DNA from: a virus | Lineage: Duplodnaviria; Caudoviricetes | Direction: 5' to 3' (one strand) | Length of the DNA stretch: 44,376 nt | Virus record (IMG/VR): IMGVR_UViG_3300017746_003174 | Span: 1-44,376 of that record | Shown here: positions 27,120-36,264 of the stretch, one piece after another | Numbering within the stretch: position 1 is the first letter of the stretch | How the letters are laid out: every line of letters begins with the position of its first letter | Translations under genes and position numbers: made by a program | Notes under the pieces: generated by a model | The model's database searches: none | What the model was told of the DNA's origin: nothing | What the model saw: the letters and a program-made list of their open reading frames with translations, nothing else

Positions 27120-27629
27120 ATGCAAGAAAACTACGATCATTGTTTAGAGATGATTCTACACCACGAAGGTGGTTATGTAAATCATCCAAAAGACCCCGGC
27201 GGCGAGACAAATCTCGGCGTAACTAAACGTGTGTATGAAGAATGGGGCGGTGAAAAAGAAATGTCTGACTTAACAGTCGAAGATGTTGCACCGATTTATA
27301 AAGAGAACTATTGGAATAGACTTAAAGGTGATGATTTGCCTACAGGTTTAGACCTATGCGTATTTGATTTTGGAGTAAATGCTGGCCCAGGAAGAGCAGC
27401 TAAGTTTCTTCAAAAAATGATTGGATCTACTCCTGATGGTGGGATTGGACCAAATACGTTGGCTGCCTTGTCTGCATATGTAGACTCTGAAGGGTTGTCA
27501 ACAGCGATTGTAAACTATCAAGCAGCGCGGCAAGAGTATTACGAATCGCTATCTACATTTGAAACATTCGGTAGAGGATGGACAAGACGAGTAGACGAAA
27601 CAACGGAGGCTGCGCGGGAGCTAGTCTAA
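27120..27629 (+). CDS. glycoside hydrolase family 108 lysozyme with peptidoglycan-binding domain
   Basis: HEGGYVNHPKDPGGETNLGVT, DGGIGPNT and FGRGWTRR. Confidence 0.93.
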   Translation: MQENYDHCLEMILHHEGGYVNHPKDPGGETNLGVTKRVYEEWGGEKEMSDLTVEDVAPIYKENYWNRLKGDDLPTGLDLCVFDFGVNAGPGRAAKFLQKMIGSTPDGGIGPNTLAALSAYVDSEGLSTAIVNYQAARQEYYESLSTFETFGRGWTRRVDETTEAARELV

Positions 27630-27874
27630 TGGAATTTTTCCTAGTGCTATGGATGATTACATCAAATCCATGGCAAGACTTGTATATTTTTTCTAAGTCG
27701 TTTCCTTCACCAGAAACATGCCTAGCTTATGCTGATGAGCATGAAGGGCAAATCAAATTTCAGGCTTGGAAATCTTTTGATGGCGCATCTATTCAAACAG
27801 CAGCATGTGTGAGTAAAGAAACACTCAATGAGCTTGTAATGCCTCCTCAGCAAAATGAAGGAGAATCGATATGA
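27629..27874 (+). CDS. hypothetical protein
   Basis: TAATG overlap with the lysozyme stop. Confidence 0.6.
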   Translation: MEFFLVLWMITSNPWQDLYIFSKSFPSPETCLAYADEHEGQIKFQAWKSFDGASIQTAACVSKETLNELVMPPQQNEGESI

Positions 27875-27966
27875 CAACCTATTTTACAATATTAGGTGCA
27901 TGTCTAATCGTTAATGGCATACACATTCTGATAACAGGTGAACCTTTTATGATTAGTATAGGATAA
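27871..27966 (+). CDS. small hydrophobic peptide (31 aa)
   Basis: AAGGAG RBS and ATGA overlap; MTTYFTILGACLIVNGIHILITGEPFMISIG*. Confidence 0.5.
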   Translation: MTTYFTILGACLIVNGIHILITGEPFMISIG

Positions 27967-27969
27967 ATT

Positions 27970-28638
27970 TTGACTTTTAAGCATGAACACATTGAACTTG
28001 GTTATGACGATTTAGATGCAGAAACACTACCTTCAGGACGTACCTATAAAACACCTGAAGGTAACTACCCATCTATCACAACTGTACTTAGCATCCTCAG
28101 TGAAGAAGCTATACAGCGGTGGCGCAAACGCGTAGGTGATGATGAGGCAAATAGAGTAGGAGCTAGAGCTAGTAATAGAGGAACACAGGTTCATTCTATT
28201 GTAGAAAAGTTTCTAAGGAATGAAGACTATAATGACTATATGCCACACATTAAACAATCGCTCTCTAATCTTGCACCAATCTTAACAGAACGTATTGGTA
28301 CAATATATGGTCTTGAAGTACCATTATATAGTAGACATCTAGGTGTTGCCGGTCGTGTTGATTGTGTTGCAGAATTCGATGGTGTACCTTCTATCATTGA
28401 CTTTAAGACATCTAAAAGAATCAAGAAAAAAGAACACATTTCAAATTATTTTGCTCAAATGAGTGGATACGCTATCATGTGGGAAGAACGCACTGGTATG
28501 CCTATCACTAATACTGTTGTTATTATGGACGTTGATTATGAAAAACCATTGGTCTTCAAAGAGCATCGTGACAATTACTCCAAACTCCTCACAGATACTA
28601 TCGAAGAGTATCGCCAAAGAAAAATCTTCTCAAATTAA
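27970..28638 (+). CDS. PD-(D/E)xK exonuclease (Cas4/RecB-like)
   Basis: YPSITTVL, RGTQVH, AGRVDC, IIDFKTS and Q..GYA. Confidence 0.88.
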   Translation: MTFKHEHIELGYDDLDAETLPSGRTYKTPEGNYPSITTVLSILSEEAIQRWRKRVGDDEANRVGARASNRGTQVHSIVEKFLRNEDYNDYMPHIKQSLSNLAPILTERIGTIYGLEVPLYSRHLGVAGRVDCVAEFDGVPSIIDFKTSKRIKKKEHISNYFAQMSGYAIMWEERTGMPITNTVVIMDVDYEKPLVFKEHRDNYSKLLTDTIEEYRQRKIFSN

Positions 28639-28671
28639 ATGAAAAAAAGTGCACTTTTATGAAAATAATTG

Positions 28672-28700
28672 TGTACATTCCTTTAAAAGTATGGTATAAT
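28672..28700 (+). promoter_or_regulatory. early promoter
   Basis: TGTACA-17nt-TATAAT. Confidence 0.85.
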
Positions 28701-28733
28701 ATACTTATAAAATAGAAAAAGAAAGGAAATTTT

Positions 28734-29234
28734 ATGACAATTTATTTAGATATGGACGGCGTGATCGCCAACTTCTTCGGATTCTGGGCTGATAGCTGCG
28801 GAGTTAGCCATTGGAAAACAATCAAAGATAAAGAAAAAGCTTTGATTGATCTTCACGGTACGGACTTCTTTAACAGAATTCCTAAGTTCGAAGAAACCGA
28901 TCAAATCGTATCATATGTAAAAGATATAAGTAAAGGTGATTGGGGAATTTGTTCTTCACCTCTTAGAGGAGATACTATGAATTCAGCCTACTGGAAAAGA
29001 GTATGGCTTGAAAGACATGGTATTGTTACTCCAGATGTTGAAAGAATGGTCTTCACATCAAACAAATCTAAATATGCTATCAGTCAAATAGACGGAAAGC
29101 CTAATATCTTGATTGATGATAAAATATCAAACATCAAAGCCTGGGAAGCAGCCGGTGGTATCGGCATTAGATTCCAAGCCGACATGGACGATGTCAAAGA
29201 ATATTTATTCGAAGAATTAAAGAAAGCAGTATAA
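28734..29234 (+). CDS. HAD-family 5'(3')-deoxyribonucleotidase
   Basis: IYLDMDGV, ILIDD and WEAAGG. Confidence 0.88.
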   Translation: MTIYLDMDGVIANFFGFWADSCGVSHWKTIKDKEKALIDLHGTDFFNRIPKFEETDQIVSYVKDISKGDWGICSSPLRGDTMNSAYWKRVWLERHGIVTPDVERMVFTSNKSKYAISQIDGKPNILIDDKISNIKAWEAAGGIGIRFQADMDDVKEYLFEELKKAV

Positions 29235-29237
29235 ATA
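29230..29237 (+). promoter_or_regulatory. late promoter TATAAATA
   Basis: Exact consensus 13 nt upstream of the riboswitch. Confidence 0.75.
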
Positions 29238-29250
29238 GTAATACATTAAA

Positions 29251-29295
29251 CGTTCACCCGTAAAGGGCGGAAGTAAGCAGTCGCTGAAGGAACGC
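29251..29295 (+). ncRNA. glnA-type (glutamine-I) riboswitch aptamer
   Basis: P1 CGTTC/GAACG, P2 CCC-GTAAA-GGG, junction CGGAAGTA, P3 AGC-AGTC-GCT, then GAAG (AGUA/GAA E-loop). Matches the glnA RNA motif as recalled. Confidence 0.8.
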
Positions 29296-29323
29296 ACCTA
29301 ACTTTTACAGAGGAGGGTGACTA

Positions 29324-29425
29324 ATGACTTACAGACCATTTTCATGGAAGAGGTTTTGTCAGGCACGTGATCGCGCTAGGATTCATAGAATTCTAAGCTT
29401 TCGCACGCAGCTGAAAACAGTATAA
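29324..29425 (+). CDS. 33-aa basic peptide downstream of the riboswitch
   Basis: Strong RBS GAGGAGG; MTYRPFSWKRFCQARDRARIHRILSFRTQLKTV*. Confidence 0.7.
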   Translation: MTYRPFSWKRFCQARDRARIHRILSFRTQLKTV

Positions 29426-29428
29426 ATA
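29421..29428 (+). promoter_or_regulatory. late promoter TATAAATA
   Basis: Exact consensus upstream of ORF 29457 and the glycan operon. Confidence 0.75.
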
Positions 29429-29456
29429 GATCTATCTTAATTAAAAGGATAAATCT

Positions 29457-29816
29457 ATGGCTACAAAACAAAAAACTACGATTGAAGGTTTAGATCATGT
29501 TGACAGTAATGGTGATGGACATATCACAGCTGAAGAACTTGAAATGCACATGGAGTTTAAACGTAAAGAACTCGAAGATCAAGATGCACAGAGAGATGCT
29601 ATGAGAAAAATGGCATGGTTCGCCTTGTTTGGAATGTTATTCTACCCAGGCGCCATATTAGTGACTACATTATTAGATGAGCTTGATGCAGCTGAATTAA
29701 TTGCACAAATTGCACCTACATACTTTGTATCAATATCTGTTTTAGTGGCAGCATTCTTTGGTGCTGATGCAGTTAAACACAAGACTAAGTCCGGAGCAAC
29801 ACCTCCGAAAAAATAA
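29457..29816 (+). CDS. EF-hand-containing two-TM membrane protein
   Basis: EF-hand loop DSNGDGHITAEE and two hydrophobic helices. Confidence 0.7.
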   Translation: MATKQKTTIEGLDHVDSNGDGHITAEELEMHMEFKRKELEDQDAQRDAMRKMAWFALFGMLFYPGAILVTTLLDELDAAELIAQIAPTYFVSISVLVAAFFGADAVKHKTKSGATPPKK

Positions 29817-29831
29817 TAATTGAGGTTCGTT

Positions 29832-30608
29832 ATGAAACGATTGATCTACCAAGTATACGTAGGACAGAAGTCTGCGTTATACGACCATTGCACATCATCT
29901 GTATCAGATTATTGCAAAAAACATGACATAGAACATGTAATCCAACGGTCTCCTAAACTAATGATTCGTCCTGATCCTTTTACGACGAACAGAAGTAAGG
30001 AGGCCGTTGAACGTTTAGGCTACCTGCCTATTTACGAAAAAGAAAATGCATTCGAATATTTAAAAACTTATGACCAAGTTGCTATTGTTGATAGTGACAT
30101 TTGGATCAGGCCAGATGCGCCTAACATCTTTGATGACTTAGGTGAAGAGTTTGATTTTGGTGGTGTTGTTGAAAGAGAAATGCCGATCACTCAACAGTAT
30201 GCAGGAAAGATTATAAATTATAGTAGAATGCAATATGAACACCTAAGTCAATTTGTTGATTTTAAACCTAATGACTTAGGTTATGAGTTTATCAATATGG
30301 GTCTTATGGTTATGAATAAATCATTGCTATCACATTTAAAAGGTATGTCACCAAAAGAGTTTATTCAGCAGCATGACTTTAAAGCTTTTGTTGATGGTCT
30401 TGGTCCATGGAAGTGGTCAACAGATCAAACTCTATTGAACTACTGGCTAAAGCGTGATGGAATAAAAGTAAAAAATATGAATTGGAAATGGAATGGTCTT
30501 TATAGTGCTATTACTCGAGTTGATGAGGCTTATTTCGTCCATTTTTTCCTAAAAGATAAATTGCCCGAAAGAGGTGAAAACGTTAAGGAGTTAATGAAAC
30601 ATGTCTGA
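29832..30608 (+). CDS. GT-A fold glycosyltransferase (GT8/GT34-like)
   Basis: IVDSD (DxD), INMGLMV, TDQTLLN and FVHF. Confidence 0.8.
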   Translation: MKRLIYQVYVGQKSALYDHCTSSVSDYCKKHDIEHVIQRSPKLMIRPDPFTTNRSKEAVERLGYLPIYEKENAFEYLKTYDQVAIVDSDIWIRPDAPNIFDDLGEEFDFGGVVEREMPITQQYAGKIINYSRMQYEHLSQFVDFKPNDLGYEFINMGLMVMNKSLLSHLKGMSPKEFIQQHDFKAFVDGLGPWKWSTDQTLLNYWLKRDGIKVKNMNWKWNGLYSAITRVDEAYFVHFFLKDKLPERGENVKELMKHV

Positions 30609-31287
30609 CATGAAAATTTTTGTACACATCCCGAAGAATGCTGGTATGACTGTAAGGCATAGTCCTTTTATTAAACCAAGGATTTTTGTGAATGAAACAA
30701 GCCGCCACAAAAGTCAAAACTATTCACGTGGCTTGGCAGAGAAGATGAAAGAAACTAATGACCATTTGGGCGCAGAACATGCACGTTGGAGAGATCTACG
30801 TGAAGATTATCGGAATAAGTTTGGTGCATTTGCTATCATACGTAATCCTTGGGATAGGGTTGTATCTCGTTTTTTCTTCCTTAAAAAAGTAATCGAGGTT
30901 GAACAAAAAGTAGATCCATCTTATGGAGACATCAGTTCATTTGAAGCATTCCTTGAAGAGCGCCATAAGTGGGGTGATGTAGAATACATGTGGCATAGAG
31001 CCATTAGAGGCTGGTACCCTGCATGGGATCATGTTAGTGATGATGCTGGAGAAAAGTGTATGGTTGATTGTTTACGCCATTCGCACTTAGAAGAAGATCT
31101 TAAGAAATATTTTGATATACCAGAAATGTCAAGAGCACGTAACGTGACAGCCCTCAATAAAGGAACTTATATGGACCTATATAATAAGGAAACTACTCAA
31201 ATCGTTGCCGATTGGTATAAAAAAGATATTGATTATTGGGGATTTGATTTTAACACTGGTGCAACAAGGAATTATTGGAATGTCTAA
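30601..31287 (+). CDS. sulfotransferase (family 2)
   Basis: FVHIPKNAG (5'-PSB) and RNPWDRVVS (3'-PB). Confidence 0.88.
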   Translation: MSDMKIFVHIPKNAGMTVRHSPFIKPRIFVNETSRHKSQNYSRGLAEKMKETNDHLGAEHARWRDLREDYRNKFGAFAIIRNPWDRVVSRFFFLKKVIEVEQKVDPSYGDISSFEAFLEERHKWGDVEYMWHRAIRGWYPAWDHVSDDAGEKCMVDCLRHSHLEEDLKKYFDIPEMSRARNVTALNKGTYMDLYNKETTQIVADWYKKDIDYWGFDFNTGATRNYWNV

Positions 31288-31906
31288 ATTAGCAGATCTA
31301 TTTGATCTATATGGCTGTGATAAGCATAAGAAACATAAATACAACACTGTTTACGAACAGTTCTTCGAGCCAAAGAAAGATGATGGTCTTAAACTATTAG
31401 AAGTAGGCATATTCAGAGGTGAAAGTATGGAAGCTTTCCATGAATACTTTCCGAATGCAGACTTATATGGTATTGATATTTTTACTCGTACTAAGCCACA
31501 CCAACTAGCTGTGTTAAAGAATGAAAGATGTCACCATGTAAAAGGTGACTCAATGAATCCTGCTATTGGACCACAAATGCTTGAGGCTTTTGGTAAAGTT
31601 AAGTTTGATTTTATTATTGATGACGGCATGCATAACCCAAAGGCAAATATGCAAACAATGAATAATCTATTGCCATTCTTAGCAGATGGTGGTAGTTATT
31701 TTATTGAAGATGTATTTCCACTAGAGTCTATGACTCAACAACAATTAGATCACCCATGGCTACTAAGACACCCTGATCAATATAATGCTATGGACAATAA
31801 TATGTTTTTGAATGCCATGGACAAATCAGGATTTAAGATTGAAAGATTTGATTTGCGTAAAACTACAGGTCAGCCTGATAGCTATATTATAAGGTTATAC
31901 AAATGA
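31280..31906 (+). CDS. class I SAM-dependent (sugar O-)methyltransferase
   Basis: LLEVGIFRGES, YGIDI, FDFIIDDGMH and YFIED. Confidence 0.85.
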   Translation: MSKLADLFDLYGCDKHKKHKYNTVYEQFFEPKKDDGLKLLEVGIFRGESMEAFHEYFPNADLYGIDIFTRTKPHQLAVLKNERCHHVKGDSMNPAIGPQMLEAFGKVKFDFIIDDGMHNPKANMQTMNNLLPFLADGGSYFIEDVFPLESMTQQQLDHPWLLRHPDQYNAMDNNMFLNAMDKSGFKIERFDLRKTTGQPDSYIIRLYK

Positions 31907-32598
31907 TTGCAAGACTTATTACATTAGATAATAATCCTACCTCAAAAGCAGCAGCTGATGTTTGTAAAAATTCATCTATGGCTGTTGGCAATAAGTTTGA
32001 GATTGATTCATTGTGGGCAGTAACACCAGAACAAGTTCCTAACATTATGAATGCTAATATGTTTCAATGGTCTTATCCTATCCAAGGGCATAGAGATGAT
32101 TTTGCTACAGGTCTATCATTAAACAGCTATCCTACTGCAGTTATTGAGAGACGTATTGCTTGTTTTCTTTCTCATTGGTTATGTTGGAAACAGTCTGTTG
32201 AAACAAATGAACCTGTTTTAGTTCTTGAACATGATGCTAAATTTATTGAAAGGTTTGATCCTCAAGAGATCATTGATAGCAAGTTTGAAGTAGTTGGCAT
32301 TAATGACCCTCGAGGAGCTACACGTAGATCCAATGTTTATCATGAAGCAGTATTGAAATTCACTAATCCTATTCAACAAGTACCTACCATTGATGAGTTT
32401 AATATTCCACAAGGAATGGCTGGCAACTCGGCATATCTCATTAAACCAAGTATGGCTAAAAAGGTTATAGATAAATTCAAAGAGATTGGCATGTGGCCAA
32501 ATGATGCTTTAATGTGTAAGCAAATATTTAATAACATCGGTCAAACAAAGAAATATTATACGACCGTGCAAGGAACTGAAAGTACTACGTCATTATGA
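31903..32598 (+). CDS. glycosyltransferase family 25
   Basis: ACFLSHW..W, VLEHDA and AYLIKP. Confidence 0.85.
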   Translation: MIARLITLDNNPTSKAAADVCKNSSMAVGNKFEIDSLWAVTPEQVPNIMNANMFQWSYPIQGHRDDFATGLSLNSYPTAVIERRIACFLSHWLCWKQSVETNEPVLVLEHDAKFIERFDPQEIIDSKFEVVGINDPRGATRRSNVYHEAVLKFTNPIQQVPTIDEFNIPQGMAGNSAYLIKPSMAKKVIDKFKEIGMWPNDALMCKQIFNNIGQTKKYYTTVQGTESTTSL

Positions 32599-33254
32599 GA
32601 GCATATGTAATTACTATTTTAGATAATGAACAATCCGTAAAAGCTGCTGAAAACTGTATCAGATCAGGAGCACCTCAAGGCATTGTTATTAACAAGTGGA
32701 AAGCCACTACTCCTGCAGACATGCCATTTGAGATGTTAGCAGAAAAAGGTATTGATGGAAACAGGTTGGATGAAGTATATTCAAGAGCAGATAATTGTGC
32801 TGCAGCTTTCTTATCTCATTATTCTCTTTGGGAAGAGTGTATGAAAGTCCAAGAGCCTATCATGATATTTGAACATGATGCTGTTATTGTAGATACTATC
32901 AGTGAACGTATTCTGAATGGTCAATGTTTTAAGCAAATGATGAATATTGGCAAGCCATCATATGGACAGTTTAGAACACCTGCTTTTATTGGCAGTGGAC
33001 CATTAACTTCTAAAAAGTATTTCCCAGGTGCTCATGCATATATTGTTAAGCCTGCCGCTGCAAGGCAATTGATACAAGCGACCAAAGGCATAGGTGCAGC
33101 ACCAACCGATGTATTTTTACATAAAGACACATTTCCATTCTTAGAAGAGTATTACCCATGGCCGGTTGAAGCAAGAGATAGCTTTACAACAATACAAGCA
33201 AAAGAAGGCTGTTTGGCTAAACATAATTATAATGAGGATTATAAAATTGTCTGA
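32595..33254 (+). CDS. glycosyltransferase family 25
   Basis: AFLSHYSLW, IFEHDA and GAHAYIVKP. Confidence 0.85.
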   Translation: MRAYVITILDNEQSVKAAENCIRSGAPQGIVINKWKATTPADMPFEMLAEKGIDGNRLDEVYSRADNCAAAFLSHYSLWEECMKVQEPIMIFEHDAVIVDTISERILNGQCFKQMMNIGKPSYGQFRTPAFIGSGPLTSKKYFPGAHAYIVKPAAARQLIQATKGIGAAPTDVFLHKDTFPFLEEYYPWPVEARDSFTTIQAKEGCLAKHNYNEDYKIV

Positions 33255-33897
33255 TTTTGATAGAGCATTTTTGACAGGCTGTGACAAAGCCACTGAGTGG
33301 CAGCTCCCTTGGTTTACTAAAAACTTTAAAAAACATAACCCTGATGCCAAGCTATCGCTAGCTGATTTTGGTATGACTACCAGTATGTTGGACTGGGCAG
33401 CTGATTCAAAGATGTTCCATTCAATTGGTCAAATGGAAACCACGTCAGTCAAAGGCTGGTTTCTAAAGCCAGGGTGTATGTTAGGAACTCCTTATAAAGA
33501 AGTATGCTGGCTTGATACTGATGTTGAAGTACGTGGAGACATGACTGAAATCTTCAGATATATAAAATCAAATAAACTATTAATGGCTGTGGATAATCCA
33601 TGGACAAAACGTATGGGTGAAAAGACGCATAATTCTGGTGTAGTAGCATTTATGAATAAGCCACAAATATTAAGAGCTTGGGCTGAAGCATGTGTTACAA
33701 GTCAGGAAAGAGGAGATCAAGAGCAACTCCATGCTATGCTAGATCCACTACAAAAGAATGTTCATATTGAAGACATGCCAACAAAATTTAACTACTTACG
33801 AATCGATTTTCTAGACCAGAATAGTGTAGCAGACATAAGAGCTGTACATTGGACTGGCTATAAAGGAAAAGAGAAAATCAGGGAGCTCATGCAATGA
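33232..33897 (+). CDS. GT-A fold glycosyltransferase
   Basis: WFLKP, WLDTD, NSGV, GDQE and HWTG; start uncertain. Confidence 0.75.
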   Translation: MRIIKLSDFDRAFLTGCDKATEWQLPWFTKNFKKHNPDAKLSLADFGMTTSMLDWAADSKMFHSIGQMETTSVKGWFLKPGCMLGTPYKEVCWLDTDVEVRGDMTEIFRYIKSNKLLMAVDNPWTKRMGEKTHNSGVVAFMNKPQILRAWAEACVTSQERGDQEQLHAMLDPLQKNVHIEDMPTKFNYLRIDFLDQNSVADIRAVHWTGYKGKEKIRELMQ

Positions 33898-34490
33898 CGG
33901 TTGCACACATTATTGGGAATGGTGATTCACACGTATTCTATAAGCCATCAAAAGGTTTAAAAATTACATGTAATCTACCACCTCGTGAAATTGATAATGT
34001 CTATTTTACTACTATCGTTGACTTTAAGATGTGTAAAGCTATCAATGAAGGTAGTGTCAACCTTGATGCTTTTCAATGGGTCATGGGTGCAAGGCCAAAG
34101 AAATGGATGGAAATGAAACCAGATTTCTATGTAAAGCATGCACCTAAGATCAAAGAGTTTTATTTGACTCTACCTAAATATGCCGCAAACTATACAGACT
34201 TTAATTGCGGACATCTAGCTACACATTATACTTGTAATAAGCTAGGTGCAGATGAAGTCCATATGTATGGATTTGATAGTATGTTTGATTTCAATCTAAT
34301 CAGTACTACAGATTTTGTACTTCCTTCCAACAGAAACGCAGAAAATACTCAGAGGCTAGCATTTAATTGGAGGCCAATTACTGAAGGAATTTTTAATGAA
34401 TTTAAGAATACACAGTTCTTTGTGTATCACCATCATAATGCGTCTAAATTCCCATTACCTGATAATGTAGAAATTATCACACCTAAATAA
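33894..34490 (+). CDS. sialyltransferase/Maf-like transferase
   Basis: IIGNGDS, NCGHLA and VHMYGFD. Confidence 0.6.
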   Translation: MTVAHIIGNGDSHVFYKPSKGLKITCNLPPREIDNVYFTTIVDFKMCKAINEGSVNLDAFQWVMGARPKKWMEMKPDFYVKHAPKIKEFYLTLPKYAANYTDFNCGHLATHYTCNKLGADEVHMYGFDSMFDFNLISTTDFVLPSNRNAENTQRLAFNWRPITEGIFNEFKNTQFFVYHHHNASKFPLPDNVEIITPK

Positions 34491-34499
34491 AATAAACGG

Positions 34500-34528
34500 T
34501 TTACATTCCTCTAAAACTATGGTATAAT
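34500..34528 (+). promoter_or_regulatory. early promoter
   Basis: TTTACA-17nt-TATAAT. Confidence 0.85.
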
Positions 34529-34551
34529 ATACTATAAAATGGAGATAAGCA

Positions 34552-34965
34552 ATGAACTTTGTTGATGCGTATGGCGGCACTAAACATGAAAGGTATCTTG
34601 TAGAAGATGCTGCTCATTGGTGTATTGGTAAACTCATGCCTCGTATCAGGACTTTAGAAATTGATATTGAGTTAAAAGAAATTGATGATGCTGAAGGCCT
34701 ATGTCATGAAGTTGACAGACGGCAGTTTGTTATTGAAATGCAAAAAGGAATGGAATACGAAGACTTTCTTACGACTCTATTTCATGAAATGGTACATGTC
34801 AAACAGCATGTACGTAAAGAGTTTGAGCCTATTGAATACGATACCTTTGAAGGATATATGGCTCAACCGTCTGAAATAGAAGCGTATAAAATGCAAGAGG
34901 AGCTATTAGATCAATGGAAGATAGAGAACCCGAAAGATACTACGATTGGATGTTATGGAAAATGA
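34552..34965 (+). CDS. HExxH metallopeptidase-like protein
   Basis: TLFHEMVHVKQ...PSEIEAY. Confidence 0.75.
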   Translation: MNFVDAYGGTKHERYLVEDAAHWCIGKLMPRIRTLEIDIELKEIDDAEGLCHEVDRRQFVIEMQKGMEYEDFLTTLFHEMVHVKQHVRKEFEPIEYDTFEGYMAQPSEIEAYKMQEELLDQWKIENPKDTTIGCYGK

Positions 34966-35078
34966 GGCAAGAGGATCATGACATAATGCCTGTTGTTGAG
35001 GACGATGTGGTAAAAGCATTAACAAGAATTGAACATAAGATTGATATACTACTAACAAAAGATCAAAAAACAAAATAA
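34962..35078 (+). CDS. small hypothetical protein (38 aa)
   Basis: ATGA overlap; MRQEDHDIMPVV...KTK*. Confidence 0.45.
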   Translation: MRQEDHDIMPVVEDDVVKALTRIEHKIDILLTKDQKTK

Positions 35079-35102
35079 AATGCACTTTTGCTCATTTTTT
35101 TG

Positions 35103-35131
35103 TTTACTTTGCATGAAAACTATGGTATAAT
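35103..35131 (+). promoter_or_regulatory. early promoter
   Basis: TTTACT-17nt-TATAAT. Confidence 0.85.
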
Positions 35132-35163
35132 ATATCTATAAAATGGAAAAAGGAAAGAAAATT

Positions 35164-35412
35164 ATGTTTAATAAAGAACTCTTTAGTAATGATTCAGAAT
35201 ATCTACGTTACGATGGTGAGATTGTGGCTCGGTTTAAGCACACCGGTGGCCCTTTCACTAAAGCAAAGTTTAAGAAGTTTTTGATCAAATCTGGTCTTAC
35301 TCCTAAGACATATCGCGAAATGCGACAGTCTGGTGTTGCACCATTGGATGTATGGGCTCAGCTTGATATGTCATCTTATAGATCAACAATCGATGCTTGG
35401 AGGAACAAATAA
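35164..35412 (+). CDS. hypothetical early protein
   Basis: Start reassigned to the ATG after the AAGGA RBS. Confidence 0.7.
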   Translation: MFNKELFSNDSEYLRYDGEIVARFKHTGGPFTKAKFKKFLIKSGLTPKTYREMRQSGVAPLDVWAQLDMSSYRSTIDAWRNK

Positions 35413-35825
35413 TGGAACAGGCTCTTATAAATTATATCAATGCTCAACGTGCTGAGGCAGCTGAGTTCTCTAAACAACCTAACTGTTGGATGGGATCTAT
35501 GGTTGAACCATCTAACACAAAGTATTGGAATGAGAGAGTTCCTACTGGTACTCTTAAAGAGTTCAAGCGTATTGAGCTAGAAGAGTCTGCGTATTATTGT
35601 ATTGCAGATGCATATAGTAAATCATATGCCCGTAGTATTGATTTCTCTTGGTACTCTGACAAAGAGCTTAAAAAAGAAATTGATATGGCTTGTGCATCCA
35701 TGGAAGAAGAGCGTAAGCTCGAAGCTGAGATGGAAAAACAGGCTAAAGAAGAAGAGGCTAAATTAGCCGATGATCTCAACATTGATGTTGATACACTTAA
35801 GCGATGGATCAAGGAGGCAGCTTAA
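35412..35825 (+). CDS. hypothetical early protein
   Basis: GGAGG RBS and TAATG overlap; ends in AA. Confidence 0.75.
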   Translation: MEQALINYINAQRAEAAEFSKQPNCWMGSMVEPSNTKYWNERVPTGTLKEFKRIELEESAYYCIADAYSKSYARSIDFSWYSDKELKKEIDMACASMEEERKLEAEMEKQAKEEEAKLADDLNIDVDTLKRWIKEAA

Positions 35826-36004
35826 TGCAAGAAGGACCAATGAAAACGGCAGTGGATGCTCCAACCGATGGAGTCATTCAACAAGAGTTTGTAACATACG
35901 TAGTGGCAGACAATAAGCGTGTTTATAAAAGAACAGTGACTCGTAAGTTTCATTCGAATGGTGACTATCATGACAGCTACACTAGTGAGCCACTTACATG
36001 GTAA
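35825..36004 (+). CDS. hypothetical protein
   Basis: AGGAGG RBS and TAATG overlap. Confidence 0.7.
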   Translation: MQEGPMKTAVDAPTDGVIQQEFVTYVVADNKRVYKRTVTRKFHSNGDYHDSYTSEPLTW

Positions 36005-36264
36005 AAAATACTCTATATGAGTGGAAAGACCAATTCAATGAAGCAACTGATGTGCGTTGCTTAGGTTGGCAATATATCGGTGAAGCCGATTATGAATATG
36101 ACGGGCACAATGTAAAGATGTGGCATAGACTAGTAGCGCCAAATGGTGACTCTATTTTGCAAGACCACGAATGGGGACCTTACGAGGTTCCAAGTAAAGA
36201 AGAATGTGAAAGGGTAATACATGCAATTCTCGACAAACTCAATCAAGGAAGTGCAACTGTTTGA
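35998..36264 (+). CDS. hypothetical protein
   Basis: Overlapping operon arrangement. Confidence 0.65.
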   Translation: MVKNTLYEWKDQFNEATDVRCLGWQYIGEADYEYDGHNVKMWHRLVAPNGDSILQDHEWGPYEVPSKEECERVIHAILDKLNQGSATV

